From: Paraspadella gotoi
Taxonomy: Eukaryota; Animalia; Chaetognatha
Direction: 5' to 3'
Assembly: GCA_051294375.1 (NCBI GenBank)
Contig: CM119266.1
Location: 5,842,092 to 5,906,091, forward strand
DNA length: 64,000 nt
The position numbers and the translations under genes are program-made. This document shows, in pieces, positions 38,118-49,200 of the stretch. The notes below the pieces were generated by a model that saw only the letters and a list, made by a program, of their open reading frames with translations, was not told the origin of the DNA and made no database searches. Each line of letters opens with the position of its first letter. The stretch's first letter is position 1.

Positions 38118-38492
38118 TTTTTAGTTGCGCCGCGAGTACTCGCGGAGCAACTCTATAAGTCACTTTTCGGTCGGTCGGTCCGTCGGTCGGTATGTCTGTC
38201 TGTCGGTATGTCCCACTTAAGTTAAAAATGTATATATTTTATATATATATCTCATTTGTTAAGACAGAAAAAAACCTCAAATCGAAGGGACTCCAAGCGC
38301 CGCCGAAAGGAAATCCTAAAACTATAAGGAATAAAATACGGGATTTTGATGCAGTGCACGTCATATACGGGCTAAGAAAGTTATTGTAGTCATGTAGTCA
38401 TATTATATCACTTCATATCATGTTATGTCACGAGAAATACACGTGATAAGGCAGTCACTGCGGCGCAACACATTTGAATTACCGTTCTTGTT
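38118..38492 (+). mobile_element. Helentron-associated/DINE-1-like non-autonomous element (family B)
   Basis: Starts ttttagttgcgccgc and carries the palindrome cgcgagtactcgcg and a (GTCG/GTCT)n tract. Subterminal IR gttgcgccgc (38124) / gcggcgcaac (38460). Ends cttgtt in a T-rich site. Confidence 0.65.
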
Positions 38493-38684
38493 CTTTTCAA
38501 TTTCACTTTTTTTTCTTAATTCTTGTCTTTTTTTTTCATTTTATCATATTGCCTTATCGTTATCCTATTTCCTAATTCCATATCCCAACATCATCACCTT
38601 TTTATATCAATTATATCTCCTTTTTTAAAGTCTTGTTTATCCATTTTCTTCTCATTTTTAATCATCATTTTTTCTCTCTCTCTC

Positions 38685-38752
<68 letters not shown>

Positions 38753-38852
38753 TCTCTCTCCTTCTTCTTCTTCGTCCTTTTTGACCTTTTAGAAAATTTC
38801 CCTTTCATTGACTTCCCTTTACGACTCTTCACTTTTCTCTGCCTTTTATCAC

Positions 38853-38917
<65 letters not shown>

Positions 38918-40082
38918 CTCTCTCATTTTTCGTTCCTCCATTTTATCTTTCTTTTATTTTTCATTTTTTATTTGCAATTTTATTTTTCTTTCTATTCCCT
39001 TTCCTTTCTTTACTTCAAGATCATTTTCTTCCTTCACTATTTCTCTTTTCTTTTACCTCTCTTTTTCTTTTACTCTTCTCTTTTCACCGTTTTTCACTTT
39101 TCTTTCCTCCATTTGCCTTTCATCATTCTTTTCTTTCTCTTCTTTTTTAATTTTCTCTCCTTTCACTTTTCTTTCCTCCATTTGCCTTTCACCCTTCTTT
39201 TCTTTCTCTTCTCTTCTCTTTTAATTTTCTCTCCTTTCACTTTTCTTCCCTCCATTTGCCTTTCACCCTTCTTTTCTTTCTCTTCTCTTCTCTTTTAATT
39301 TTCTTTCCTTTCACTTTCCTCCCTTTGATATTCTGTCGCTTTTAACTTTTTGGCCTCGAACAGAAACGAAGCGAAAAATCCTGTTTGATTTTAACTCAAC
39401 TGTAAAAATTTTTTTTTGACACTATTTTTTTTTAAATTCCACGTATTTTTGAAAATTTTCTTTAAAAATAGGTCTTTTTTATTATTTTTATATTTCTTGT
39501 CTCCTTAAAGTCTTGAAAGGTTCTTTCATTATTTGTCTCACTATGGTTAATGGTTATAGTCTAAATGCCACTCTCACGCCTATGCAGGTTATTATTGAGA
39601 CAGCCCAGCCAGCAAAACCCGCCCTCTTTAATCTGACTTTTTGCTCTTTTATTCAAACTGACTTCTTATTTCATTTTCAGTCTAATTGATTTTCAGCGGA
39701 CATCGACTTAAGCAAAACCAGTTTTTCCAGTTTTTGAAAAAGAAAAAAAAACAGTTTGAAAATGTTTCGTGTTGTCGTCGGGAGATGGAAATAGTTAGGA
39801 CCATGATTCAGTGCAGCAAAATAAAGAGAAAGAAAAATGCTCTTATTTTGATTATGTAAGTACAATTAATTAGTTTAATTTGACTTTTTTCGATGTATTT
39901 TTAGATCTATCTTTATCTGTACATAAGTCTCAGTTCTTTTTTTAGCAATTTTTTTATTTTTTTTTAAAAGTATTTTCAAGTTTTTTTCTACATGCTAACA
40001 CGAAAAGACTTTTCATGTGTTTGTTCATTAATTTTTTAAAATTTTAATTGTATTTTGACTTTCTTTTTGCTATTTAAAATAG

Positions 40083-40162
40083 TTTAAAGATGAAACGAAA
40101 AATTCGTTGGAATAGCAAAAATAAAATTGCTATTCCGACGAATTTTTCGTTTCATCTCTAAA
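40083..40162. other. Near-perfect intronic hairpin (31-bp core stem, 8-nt loop)
   Basis: Arm 40088-40118 agatgaaacgaaaaattcgttggaatagcaa versus arm 40127-40157 ttgctattccgacgaatttttcgtttcatct, with one mismatch. Confidence 0.9.
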
Positions 40163-40243
40163 AATTTTAATTTAAAAATTAATTTAAAGTTTAAAATTTA
40201 CCTTCGTGTCCCTTCATCAATTTTTTTTAAAACTCAATCTTAG

Positions 40244-42049
40244 GCTAATAGTCATCATCGCCGACTCTTGGTTCTGCAATCTCTCCAAACACAGATTAGA
40301 GATCAAACTTCGCGAATCAGAATCGGAGGTGCGAGTGGCGGCCGCCGCCGCCAAATCCGCCCTTCAAATCCTCGAAAATCATTACGACGTCAACGACGAA
40401 ACTCTCAAAAATATCGAAGATCGAAAATCGGAAAAGGAAAGAAAATCTGGAGATGGAATTCTCAACTTTGACGCGAATGAGAATCGAGAGAGTCAATCTG
40501 AAGATGGAGGGAGGGAAACTGGACTGAATCAAAATGAACCAATCAAATATGAAGACCGAGTCGCTCAAAGTATTGCAAATCAAATTGAGGTAATCAAATC
40601 TAAAGATTCATCCGTCCCAACCGTTGCAAATCCTGATGAGACTATCAAATCTCAACATGGAGTGAGTGAACCAATTTCAAATCCCAATGAGCCAAACAAT
40701 TCTGAAGCTCGAACCTTCGACAATCCAAATGAGACAATCAAATTGGATAAGCGAGCGAGTAAACCGGTGGCAAATTTTAATCGTGTACTTAAATCTCCGA
40801 ATTTAGTGAGCAAACCTCCTTACGAGGAGAGTAAATCAAAACCTACTTTAAGAAAACCAATCAATAAGTCAATCAAATCAAATCAAGCAAAGAAAATCGT
40901 AAAAAATCAATCAATCACAGCCGAAGATCTTCTCAGTAATAAAGTTAGTAAAGTAATTTCTCCAAATTTTAATGAACATAAAAAATCCCAAAAGTTGTTG
41001 AAAACTGAAAAAAATTCTGCTAATATTAATAAAAATATGCACAATATAACGAAACATAAAACTAAAACTGAATATTCAACATCAGCGTCTAGATTTTCAA
41101 AATTAATACAGACTAATAAAATCGGAAAATCAAATATTTTAAAAACTGAAAAACCGTCGTCAGTTTTAAAACTAGAAAAATCTAAAACAAACGAACAAAA
41201 CGACAAAAAACAAAAGAACACGACCAAAAATAAAGACGGAAAACTTAAGGGGACCCGCGTCGATAAAAATTCCAACGAAACGATGAAAAGTTTTTCAGAA
41301 AAAGTAAAAAAATGGGAAAAGGGAAAAAGGAAAGAAAGTGATGGCTTAAAGGGAGGAAAGGGGGAAGGTAGAATAGAATTTGAGGGAGGGACAAAAGAGG
41401 ATGTTAAAAATATGAAGGAAAATGAAAGGGAAAATATTATGGAAATTAGGAAAGAAAACGAAAAGGAAAATAGGAAAGAAATTAAAAAGGAAAATATAAG
41501 GAAAAATATTACAGAAATTAGGAAGGAAAACGAAAAGAAAAATATCAAGGAAATTAGGAAGGAAAAGGACAAGGAAAAGCAAAAGGAAATGATAAAGGAA
41601 ATAGAAAAAAATCAAAATAAGAGAAAAGAAACGAATAAATCAAAGGAAAAAGTAGATAAAAAGAAAAAGGAAGATGATAAGAATAAAGAAAAGGAAACCT
41701 CAAAGAAAAAGGAAAATGAAAGATCAAAGAAAAAGGAAAAGGCGCCGCTCCAAGAACCGGAAATCGACCTCGAGGAAGAAGAAGAAGAGGAAGAGGGCGC
41801 GCCGGTTCAAAAGCCGCGCTCTTTTTTGGCGCGCGAATCAGACTTTTTCTGCCCTCGTCGTCGAGTCAATGAAACGGCGCCACTGAAGGTCGTTCTCTTT
41901 TGGACGCCCTACTGGCGCCGAACCTTCACCTTCGGCATCGGCGAGGGGCGCCAACCTCTCATCAACGCCAGGTGCAGAGAGAACAGATGCACGCTCACCA
42001 ACGATAAGAGACTCTGGCGTCGGGCGGATGCGCTCGTCTTTCACAACGC
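40244..42049 (+). CDS. Alpha-1,3-fucosyltransferase (GT10): large exon with a long K/E/N-rich stem and the start of the catalytic domain
   Basis: Lies within the 615-aa ORF. Likely acceptor caatcttag|G at 40244; donor AACGC|gtgagt. The end ...LKVVLFWTPY...CRENRCTLTNDKRLWRRADALVFH is the GT10 N-terminal signature. Upstream exon(s) unresolved. Confidence 0.85.
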
Positions 42050-42385
42050 GTGAGTTTTGTTTATTTTGTTTATTGTATAATGTATATTATATTGTATATT
42101 GTATGTTTTGATACCTTTGGTTTCTTTGTTATTTCAGTTTAGTTAGTTTTTTTTTAATATTAAATTTTAAATTAAAACAACTCTTAAAAACTTTTTTTTT
42201 TTTTGTGACTTTTCCATTTATGTTTCCATTTCAATTAAAAATTATTGAGTTATTTCTTTATCTATTTTTGTTTTCAAATCAAGTTATTCATTCATCAATT
42301 TATCATTTTGTAAATCAAATTTTCATCAATTTATGTATTTATTTATTTTCCTATTTGTCAACACCCCATGCCCCCGTCTCTACAG

Positions 42386-42759
42386 AAACCTTACCAAACC
42401 AGTCCTCACATCCAACCCGATGCCGCCATCTCGTCTCCCTCACCAAAAATGGATCATCGCAGATTGGGAGGCCCCTTACATTTCCTCAAACAATCCGGTC
42501 GACGCCGATCGCGTCTACAATTGGACAATGTCCTACAGGACCAATTCCGACGTCTTCTCCCCAGTGGGAATGACGTATCGTCGAGAAACGCCCGGCGAGG
42601 TGGGCGTGATCAGGCCACGCCCACATCAAACTCGCGTCGTGGCGTGGATCGCTTCTCACTGTCCCACGATCAACGGGAGGGAAGATTTCGTCAAGTTTTT
42701 GTCTAAATTCGTGAAGGTCGATGTGTTTGGAAAGTGTGGGAGGTTGAAGTGTGAGAAAG
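42386..42759 (+). CDS. Alpha-1,3-fucosyltransferase exon
   Basis: ctctacag|...RLPHQKWIIADWEAP...YNWTMSYRTNSDV...VAWIASHC...R...VDVFGKCG...EK|gtgaga. Phase 2/1. Confidence 0.95.
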
Positions 42760-43094
42760 GTGAGAGGATGTGGCATAGCGATTGATTTTGAAAAAAAATA
42801 TTACGTTTTAAGTAAATAAAAGTAAATAGAAGTAGTTACGGGTAATTTAATGTAAATAAAATTAAATAATAGTATATAAACGTAAAAAGTAAAATATCCC
42901 CTAAGAACCAATAGAACAAAAATGAAACGTAGTAAAAATTGTAAAAGAGAAAATGATTTTAATTGGTTTCCGATTTACCGAATTTCTGGCCAAATCAGAT
43001 TTCAACTTTTTTCAACCAATCGGAAAACATTATAGTTAACTCTTCTTCCCTTCCCACGACCAACCCTCATGTACCCTTTCACTCTAATTATCAG

Positions 43095-43291
43095 GCAAAG
43101 AACAAGAATGCCTGGCGCCTTACAAATTCTACCTGGCGATGGAGAATTCGGATTGTCGTGATTACGTCACGGAAAAGTTTTGGCGAACTCTGAATTCGAC
43201 TGACGCGGTGCCGATCGTCATGAGCGAACAGCACGCCCACTTGGCGCCGCCCAATTCTTACATCTTGGCCTCGAACTTTTCCTCGCCGAAG
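43095..43291 (+). CDS. Alpha-1,3-fucosyltransferase exon with the alpha3-FucT motif
   Basis: ttatcag|(G)KEQECLAPYKFYLAMENSDCRDYVTEKFWRTL...AVPIVM...APPNSYI...FSSPK|gtgagt. Confidence 0.95.
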
Positions 43292-43640
43292 GTGAGTTGA
43301 TTCTAGGGGAGCTTGAAGTGTGCATAGGATGATATGAGGGGCTATATTATACTATAATTACTATACTATCTATTGTTTTTCTAATGATAATTTACAACTT
43401 GATACGATGAAATGTTGATTCAAAACCAAAACGATAATATGCAAATGAGATGGATGAGTTCAATCTCTATTTTAAAGTCATAAAAGTCTTAAATTGATAG
43501 CTACGTCGCTTCCACATGTTGAACATCTGGTATATTAAAAATAAATTAACTAAAACTTTAGTTTAGAAACCAACAAAGTTAATATTTAAATTTACATAAT
43601 TTTGTATTTCATATTCTTGACTTCCGTTCTCCTTTTAAAG

Positions 43641-43895
43641 GGCCTGGCTCGGCACCTTCTCCGTTTGCACCGCAACGACGCCGAGTACGCCAAACTCCAC
43701 TCATGGCGCCGCACGCACGGCGTCCTCATGAACACTCAGTTTCCGGTCGGGGTCTGCAACCTCTGCGCGGCGCTGCACGACCCTGCGAAGATGCGGCAGG
43801 CGTCGCGGCGCTACCCGTTTCGTCCGGAAGTGGAATGCTCCTTCAAGAGGTGGAGCTTTTACAACCACAAACCCGTCGTGGGTCCGTTGGGTTGA
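43641..43895 (+). CDS. Alpha-1,3-fucosyltransferase last exon
   Basis: ccttttaaag|GLARHLLRLHRNDAEYAKLHSWRR...CNLCAALH...GPLG*. The L..L..ND..Y....WR and C.LC motifs are typical of GT10. Confidence 0.93.
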   Translation, partial: GLARHLLRLHRNDAEYAKLHSWRRTHGVLMNTQFPVGVCNLCAALHDPAKMRQASRRYPFRPEVECSFKRWSFYNHKPVVGPLG

Positions 43896-45452
43896 ACTAA
43901 GAAGTTGTTGTTGAACTGACAGTTGCCAAGTTTAAAATATATTGCTGTTTTGTTTTTAAAGTTTTTGTATGACGTTCTGTTACTACTTACAGCTGTTTTG
44001 TATTTAACATGTAAATTAGTTTGTAATTTGACAATTTTTTTCTTTGCTTTGTCCATTCGTAACTCATGTTTCTACTTTCTAGTCTCAATAATCAAATTGT
44101 TCTTATAATCTGCTTTTGTTAACATTTGTAATTTGTCTTCATAATTCTCATTACACTTCAAAAGAAAAACAGGTGCGATCATTTCTCAGAAATGAGGCTT
44201 CTTTCTTCTCACCAAAAAAAAAAATCGAACTCAAAGTTGTAAACTTTGGAACCAAAAAAGGAGAAAAGCGAGATTCAGAGTCTGAACATTAGAATTGCCA
44301 ACTTTTGAGCATCACTGCATGGAGTAGAAAGGAATGGGTAGGAAAGAGGAGGGAGAAAAAAGGAAAGAAATGAATAAGGAAGAAAAAGGTGGAAAGGTTT
44401 TAGATAAAAGAAAAAAAAGGGAATCAGAAAAAAAAAAGTGAAACTGGGAAAGAAAAAAAGTTAAAAGAAAAGAAAGAAAGAAAGATAGAAAAAAAAGAAG
44501 AAAGAAAGAAAGAAAGAAAGAAAGAGAGACACAGAGAAAGAAACAATATAGAACGAAACAAAGTTTTAAAAAAATACACGCAGCATCACAACAACAAAGA
44601 AACGAATTATCTGAAAAAACAAAGGAAAAAGAATAGAAAGAATAGAAAGAAAGGTAAGAAGAAAGAAAAAAAAGTTTAAAAAAAAATAGATAACAAACAA
44701 ACGAAATGAAAAAGAAAGAAAAAAAAAAGAATGAAAAGAAAGAAAAAAAAAAAAAGAAAAAGAAAGAAAAAAAAAGAAAAAAGAATGAAAAAAATGAAAA
44801 AGAAAGAAAAAAAGAAAAAAAAAGAAAAAAAATAAGAATGAAAAAGAAAAAAAAGAAAAAAGAAAAAGAAAAAAAGTAAGAAAAAAAAGAAAAAAAAAGA
44901 AAAAAAGAAAAGAAAAGAAAAAAAAGAAAGAAAGAAAAAGAAAGAAAGAAGAAAGAAAAGAAAAAAAGAAAAGAAAAGAAAGAAAAAAGAAAAGAAAAAA
45001 AAGGAAGAAAAGAAAGAAAAAACAAAACGAACGAAAGATGCATCTATCGCGAGACTCGCGATACACTAATCGCACATCATCCGAAAAACGATAATAGAAA
45101 ACAGGCTCATAAGCTGCCAACATCATCTAAAACAGAAAAAAAAGAAAAAGAAAGAAAAAGAAAAAAAAAGAAAGAAAAAGAAAGAAAAAGAGAGGAGAGT
45201 AAATAACTCCTTCTTAACTCAAACGAGTGGAGGTGAGATTTGTTCACTCGACTTGCAAATTCACTTCTCACGAAGGTGAAAGTCGAAGCAACGAGATTCT
45301 TTCACGTGAGTTCGTTTCACCTTTCACTCACAGTCACCGATGGCGTCGTGAGTCACCACGTTTCTCGGTTATTGCGTCATTTTGCTTTGTATCGGGCGTT
45401 GCCCAGGTTTCCAGTTGTGACCCCTTGGCTCATTGAGTAAATCCACTCCATT

Positions 45453-45487
<35 letters not shown>

Positions 45488-45852
45488 CTGCTCTCTCTCT
45501 TCTCTCCATCTAAGCATTCAAAGTGTCTCCCCTGATTTTTCAGCTTTAATTTAATTAATTAATAATTAATTTATTATTAATTAATTAAATCCATTTAATT
45601 AATTAATTATTAATTAATTAATAATTAATTATTAATTATTAATTATTATTATTAATTATTAATTATTAATTATTAATTATTAATTAAATCCATTTTCTCA
45701 AAAAAAAACCAAAAAAAACTCGACGAATCAACTTTTCCAACTTTCAATCCAAATTGCAGATGGTCATTTATCTTTGCCGCCATTTTCAAACCACCAGTCG
45801 ATCTGTACCGCTTTTTTAATCGCGCAGGTCCAACCCATCTGGATGTTTAGTT

Positions 45853-46010
45853 CAGATTCTTAGTCAACAGACCGCTCACCACCAGATTCCCAGTCAACAG
45901 ACCGCTCACCACCAGATTCCCAGTCAACAGACCGCTCACCACCAGATTCCCAGTCAACAGACCGCTCACCACCAGATTCCCAGTCAACAGACCGCTCACC
46001 ACCAGATTCC
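45853..46010. repeat. 30-bp VNTR, 5 copies
   Basis: agtcaacagaccgctcaccaccagattccc repeated head-to-tail with no spacers. Confidence 0.95.
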
Positions 46011-46268
46011 AACCCGTAAATATTCCGTCGCCCAAAAAGTCTTCCCCTTGGGGCAGACCCCAGAAAAAGAAAAAATTATAAAAAATAATTATTATTAACT
46101 AAATAGTATCTTTTTAATTCATTTTATTTTTTATTTATTAAAGAAATTTTATGACGTAAAAACAACCATTTGTTATTCAGATGGATATTTTTTTGCTTTG
46201 TTTCTTGAGCAAACCTTTTTTAGCTCGTATTAAAAATAAAATATAATTATTTATAAATGAAAATTTTT

Positions 46269-49200
46269 ATCGATTCATCGGGAGAGGACGTCTGACGGGA
46301 GAGAATCTGCAGAGCGCGACAGAGGAGGAACGGAGATAGTGGAAGCCAGGTGCGGTGAAGGGGGCGGGGGGGGGGGTAGGCAAGGGGGGTAAGGGGGAGG
46401 GGGAGTTAAGGGGAGGGTTAGGGGACTGATCGGGGGAGTAAGAAAGATGGGGGGTTGGAGGTATACCGTCGATTTAAAAAGGACTCCCCTTGGGAATTCA
46501 CAGAAAGGGTGATCCTAACAATAAAAAAGTTGAGGATTTTGTTTTAGGGAAAGTTTGTTTAACTTACAATAGGATCGCAAACAAAAATTTTTTTTTCATT
46601 TATAAATAATTTATTTTTTATTTAATTTTTAAATACGAGTTAAAAAAAGGTTTGCTCAAGAAACAAAGAAAAAAAAAATATCCATCTGAATACAAATGGT
46701 TGTTTTTATGTTCATAAAGTTTCTTAATAAATTAAAAGAGTTAAATAAACTTAAAAGATTAACTATTAGTTTAAGTAATAATTATTTTTTGTAATTTTTT
46801 TTTTTCTGGGGTCTGCCCCAAGGGGAACCTTTTTGGGCGGACGGAATATGTTACGGGTTGGAATTGGTGGTGTGCGGTTCTGTTGACGTGGGAACCTGAA
46901 CCAACATTCCCAGATGGGTTGGACCTGCGCGATTAAAAATGAGCGGTACAGATCGACTGGGGGGTTTGCAAGGAGGCAAGATAAAATGACATCTGCAATT
47001 TGGATTGGAAAGTTGGAAAAGTTTATCGTCGAGGTTTTTTTTTTGTTTTTTTTTGGAAATGATTTAATTAATAATTAAATAATTAACTAATTATAATTAA
47101 TAATTAATATTAATAATTAATAATTAATAATTAATAATTAATTATTAATAATTAATAATTAATTAATTAAATGGATTTTAATTAATTAAATGGCATTTAA
47201 TTAATTAATAATTAATATATTAATTAATTAAATTAAAGGCCTGAAAAAAACTCAGCGGAGACACTTTGAATGCTTGATGGAGAGAGAGAGAGATGAGGAC
47301 AGAGAGAGAGAGAGAGAGAGAGAGAGATGAAATGGAGTGGATTTACTCAATGAGCCAAGGGGTCCACAACTGGAAACCTGGGCAAGCGCCCGATACAAAG
47401 CAAAATGACGCAATAGACCGAGAAACGTGGTGATCACGACGCCATCGGTTGACTGTGAGTGAAAGGTGAAACGAACTCACGTGAAAGAATTCTCGTCAGT
47501 GCTCCTCGTACTCGGGGGGTTCATCCTCGTGTCGCCAGCAAGTGAATTTGCAAGTCGAGTGAACAAATCTCACCTCCACTCGTTGAGTTAAGAAGAAGGA
47601 GTTATTTACTGTACTCCTTTTCTTTCTTTTCTTCCTTTTTTTTCTTTTCTTTCTTTTTCTTTCTTTCTCTTTCTTTTATTTCTTTTCCTTTCTTTTCCTT
47701 TCTTTTTCTTTCTTTTCTTTCTTCTTATTTCTTTTTCTTTTCTTTTTCCTTTCTTCTTAATTTTTTTCTTTCTTTTTCTTTCTTTTTTCTATCTTTTTCT
47801 TTTTTTCTTTCTTTGTTCATTCTTTTTCATTCTTTTTTCTTTTTTTTCTTTCTCTTTCTTTTTTTTTTCTGTCTTTTCATTCTTTTTTTTTTCTTCTTTT
47901 TTCATTTCTTTTTTTTTTCTTTTTACTTTCTTTTTCTTTCTTCTTATTTCTTTCTATTCTTTTTCTTTGTTTTTTCAGATAATTCGTTTTTTTTTGTTCG
48001 CTGGATGCTGACCGTGTTATTTTTTTTAAACTTTCTGGTTTCGTTCTATATTGTTTCTTTCTGTGTGCTCTCTTTCTTTCTTCTTTCGTTCTTTCTCCTC
48101 TTCTTTTCTTCTTTTTTTTCTTTCTTTCTTTCTTATCTTTCTTTCTTTTCTTTTTTAACTTTTTTTTCTTTCCCAGTTTTTCACTTTTTTTTTTCTGATT
48201 CCCTTTTCTCTTTATCTAAAACCTTTCCACCTTTTTCTCCCTTCTTCATTCTTTTTCTTTTTTTTCTCCCTCCTCTTGTCCCCTACCCATTCCTTTCTAC
48301 TCCATGCAGTGATGCTCAAAGTTGGCAATTCTAATGTTCAGACTGCTGAATCTCCGCTTTTCTCCTTTTTTGGTTCCAAAGTTTACAACTTTGAGTTCGA
48401 TTTTTTTTTTTGGTGAGAAGAAAGAAGGCCTCATTTCTGAGAAAATGATCGCCACCTGTTTTTTCTTTGAAGTGTAATGAGAATTATGAAGACAAATTAC
48501 AAATGTTAACAAATGCAGATTATAAGAACAATTTGATTATTGAGCACTAGGAAAGTAGAAAACACGAGTTACGAATGGACAAAGCAAGAAAAAAAATTGT
48601 CAAATACAAACTATTTTACATGTTAAATACAAAACAGCTGTTAAGTAGTAACAGAACGTCATACAAAAACTTTAGAAAACAAAACAGCAATATATTTTAA
48701 CTTGGCAACTGTCAGTTCAACAACAACTTCTTAGTTCAACCCAACGGACCCACGACGGGTTGTGGTTGTAAAAGCTCCAGCCTCTTGAAGAGCATTCCAC
48801 TTCCGGACGAAACGGTAGCGCCGCGACGCCTGCCGGAGTCTTCGCAGGGTCGTGCAGCGCGCGCGGCAGAGGTTGCAGACGCCCGACCGAAACTGAGTTT
48901 CATGTTGAGGAGCCCGTGCGTGCCGGCGCCATGATGGATGTTTGGGGCGTACTCGGCCGTCGTTGCGGTGCAAAACGGAGATAGGTGCCGGAGCCAGGCC
49001 CTGTTAAAAGGAGAACGGAAGTCAAAATTTATGAAATAGTTAGTTAATTTATTTTTAATATACCCAGATGTTCAACCTGTGGAAGCCCACGGAGCTATCA
49101 ATGTTAAACTTTTATGACTTAAAATAGAGATGAACTCCATCCATCTCATTTGCATATTGTCGTTTTGGTTTTGAATTCAACATTTCATCGTATCAAGTTG

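Noticed and set aside
45853-46010. 30-bp repeats as a CRISPR-like array or a GNLVVSGLLT repeat protein
   Set aside because: The units abut with no unique spacers, the context is eukaryotic with no cas genes, and copy number differs in the second copy. It is a VNTR.
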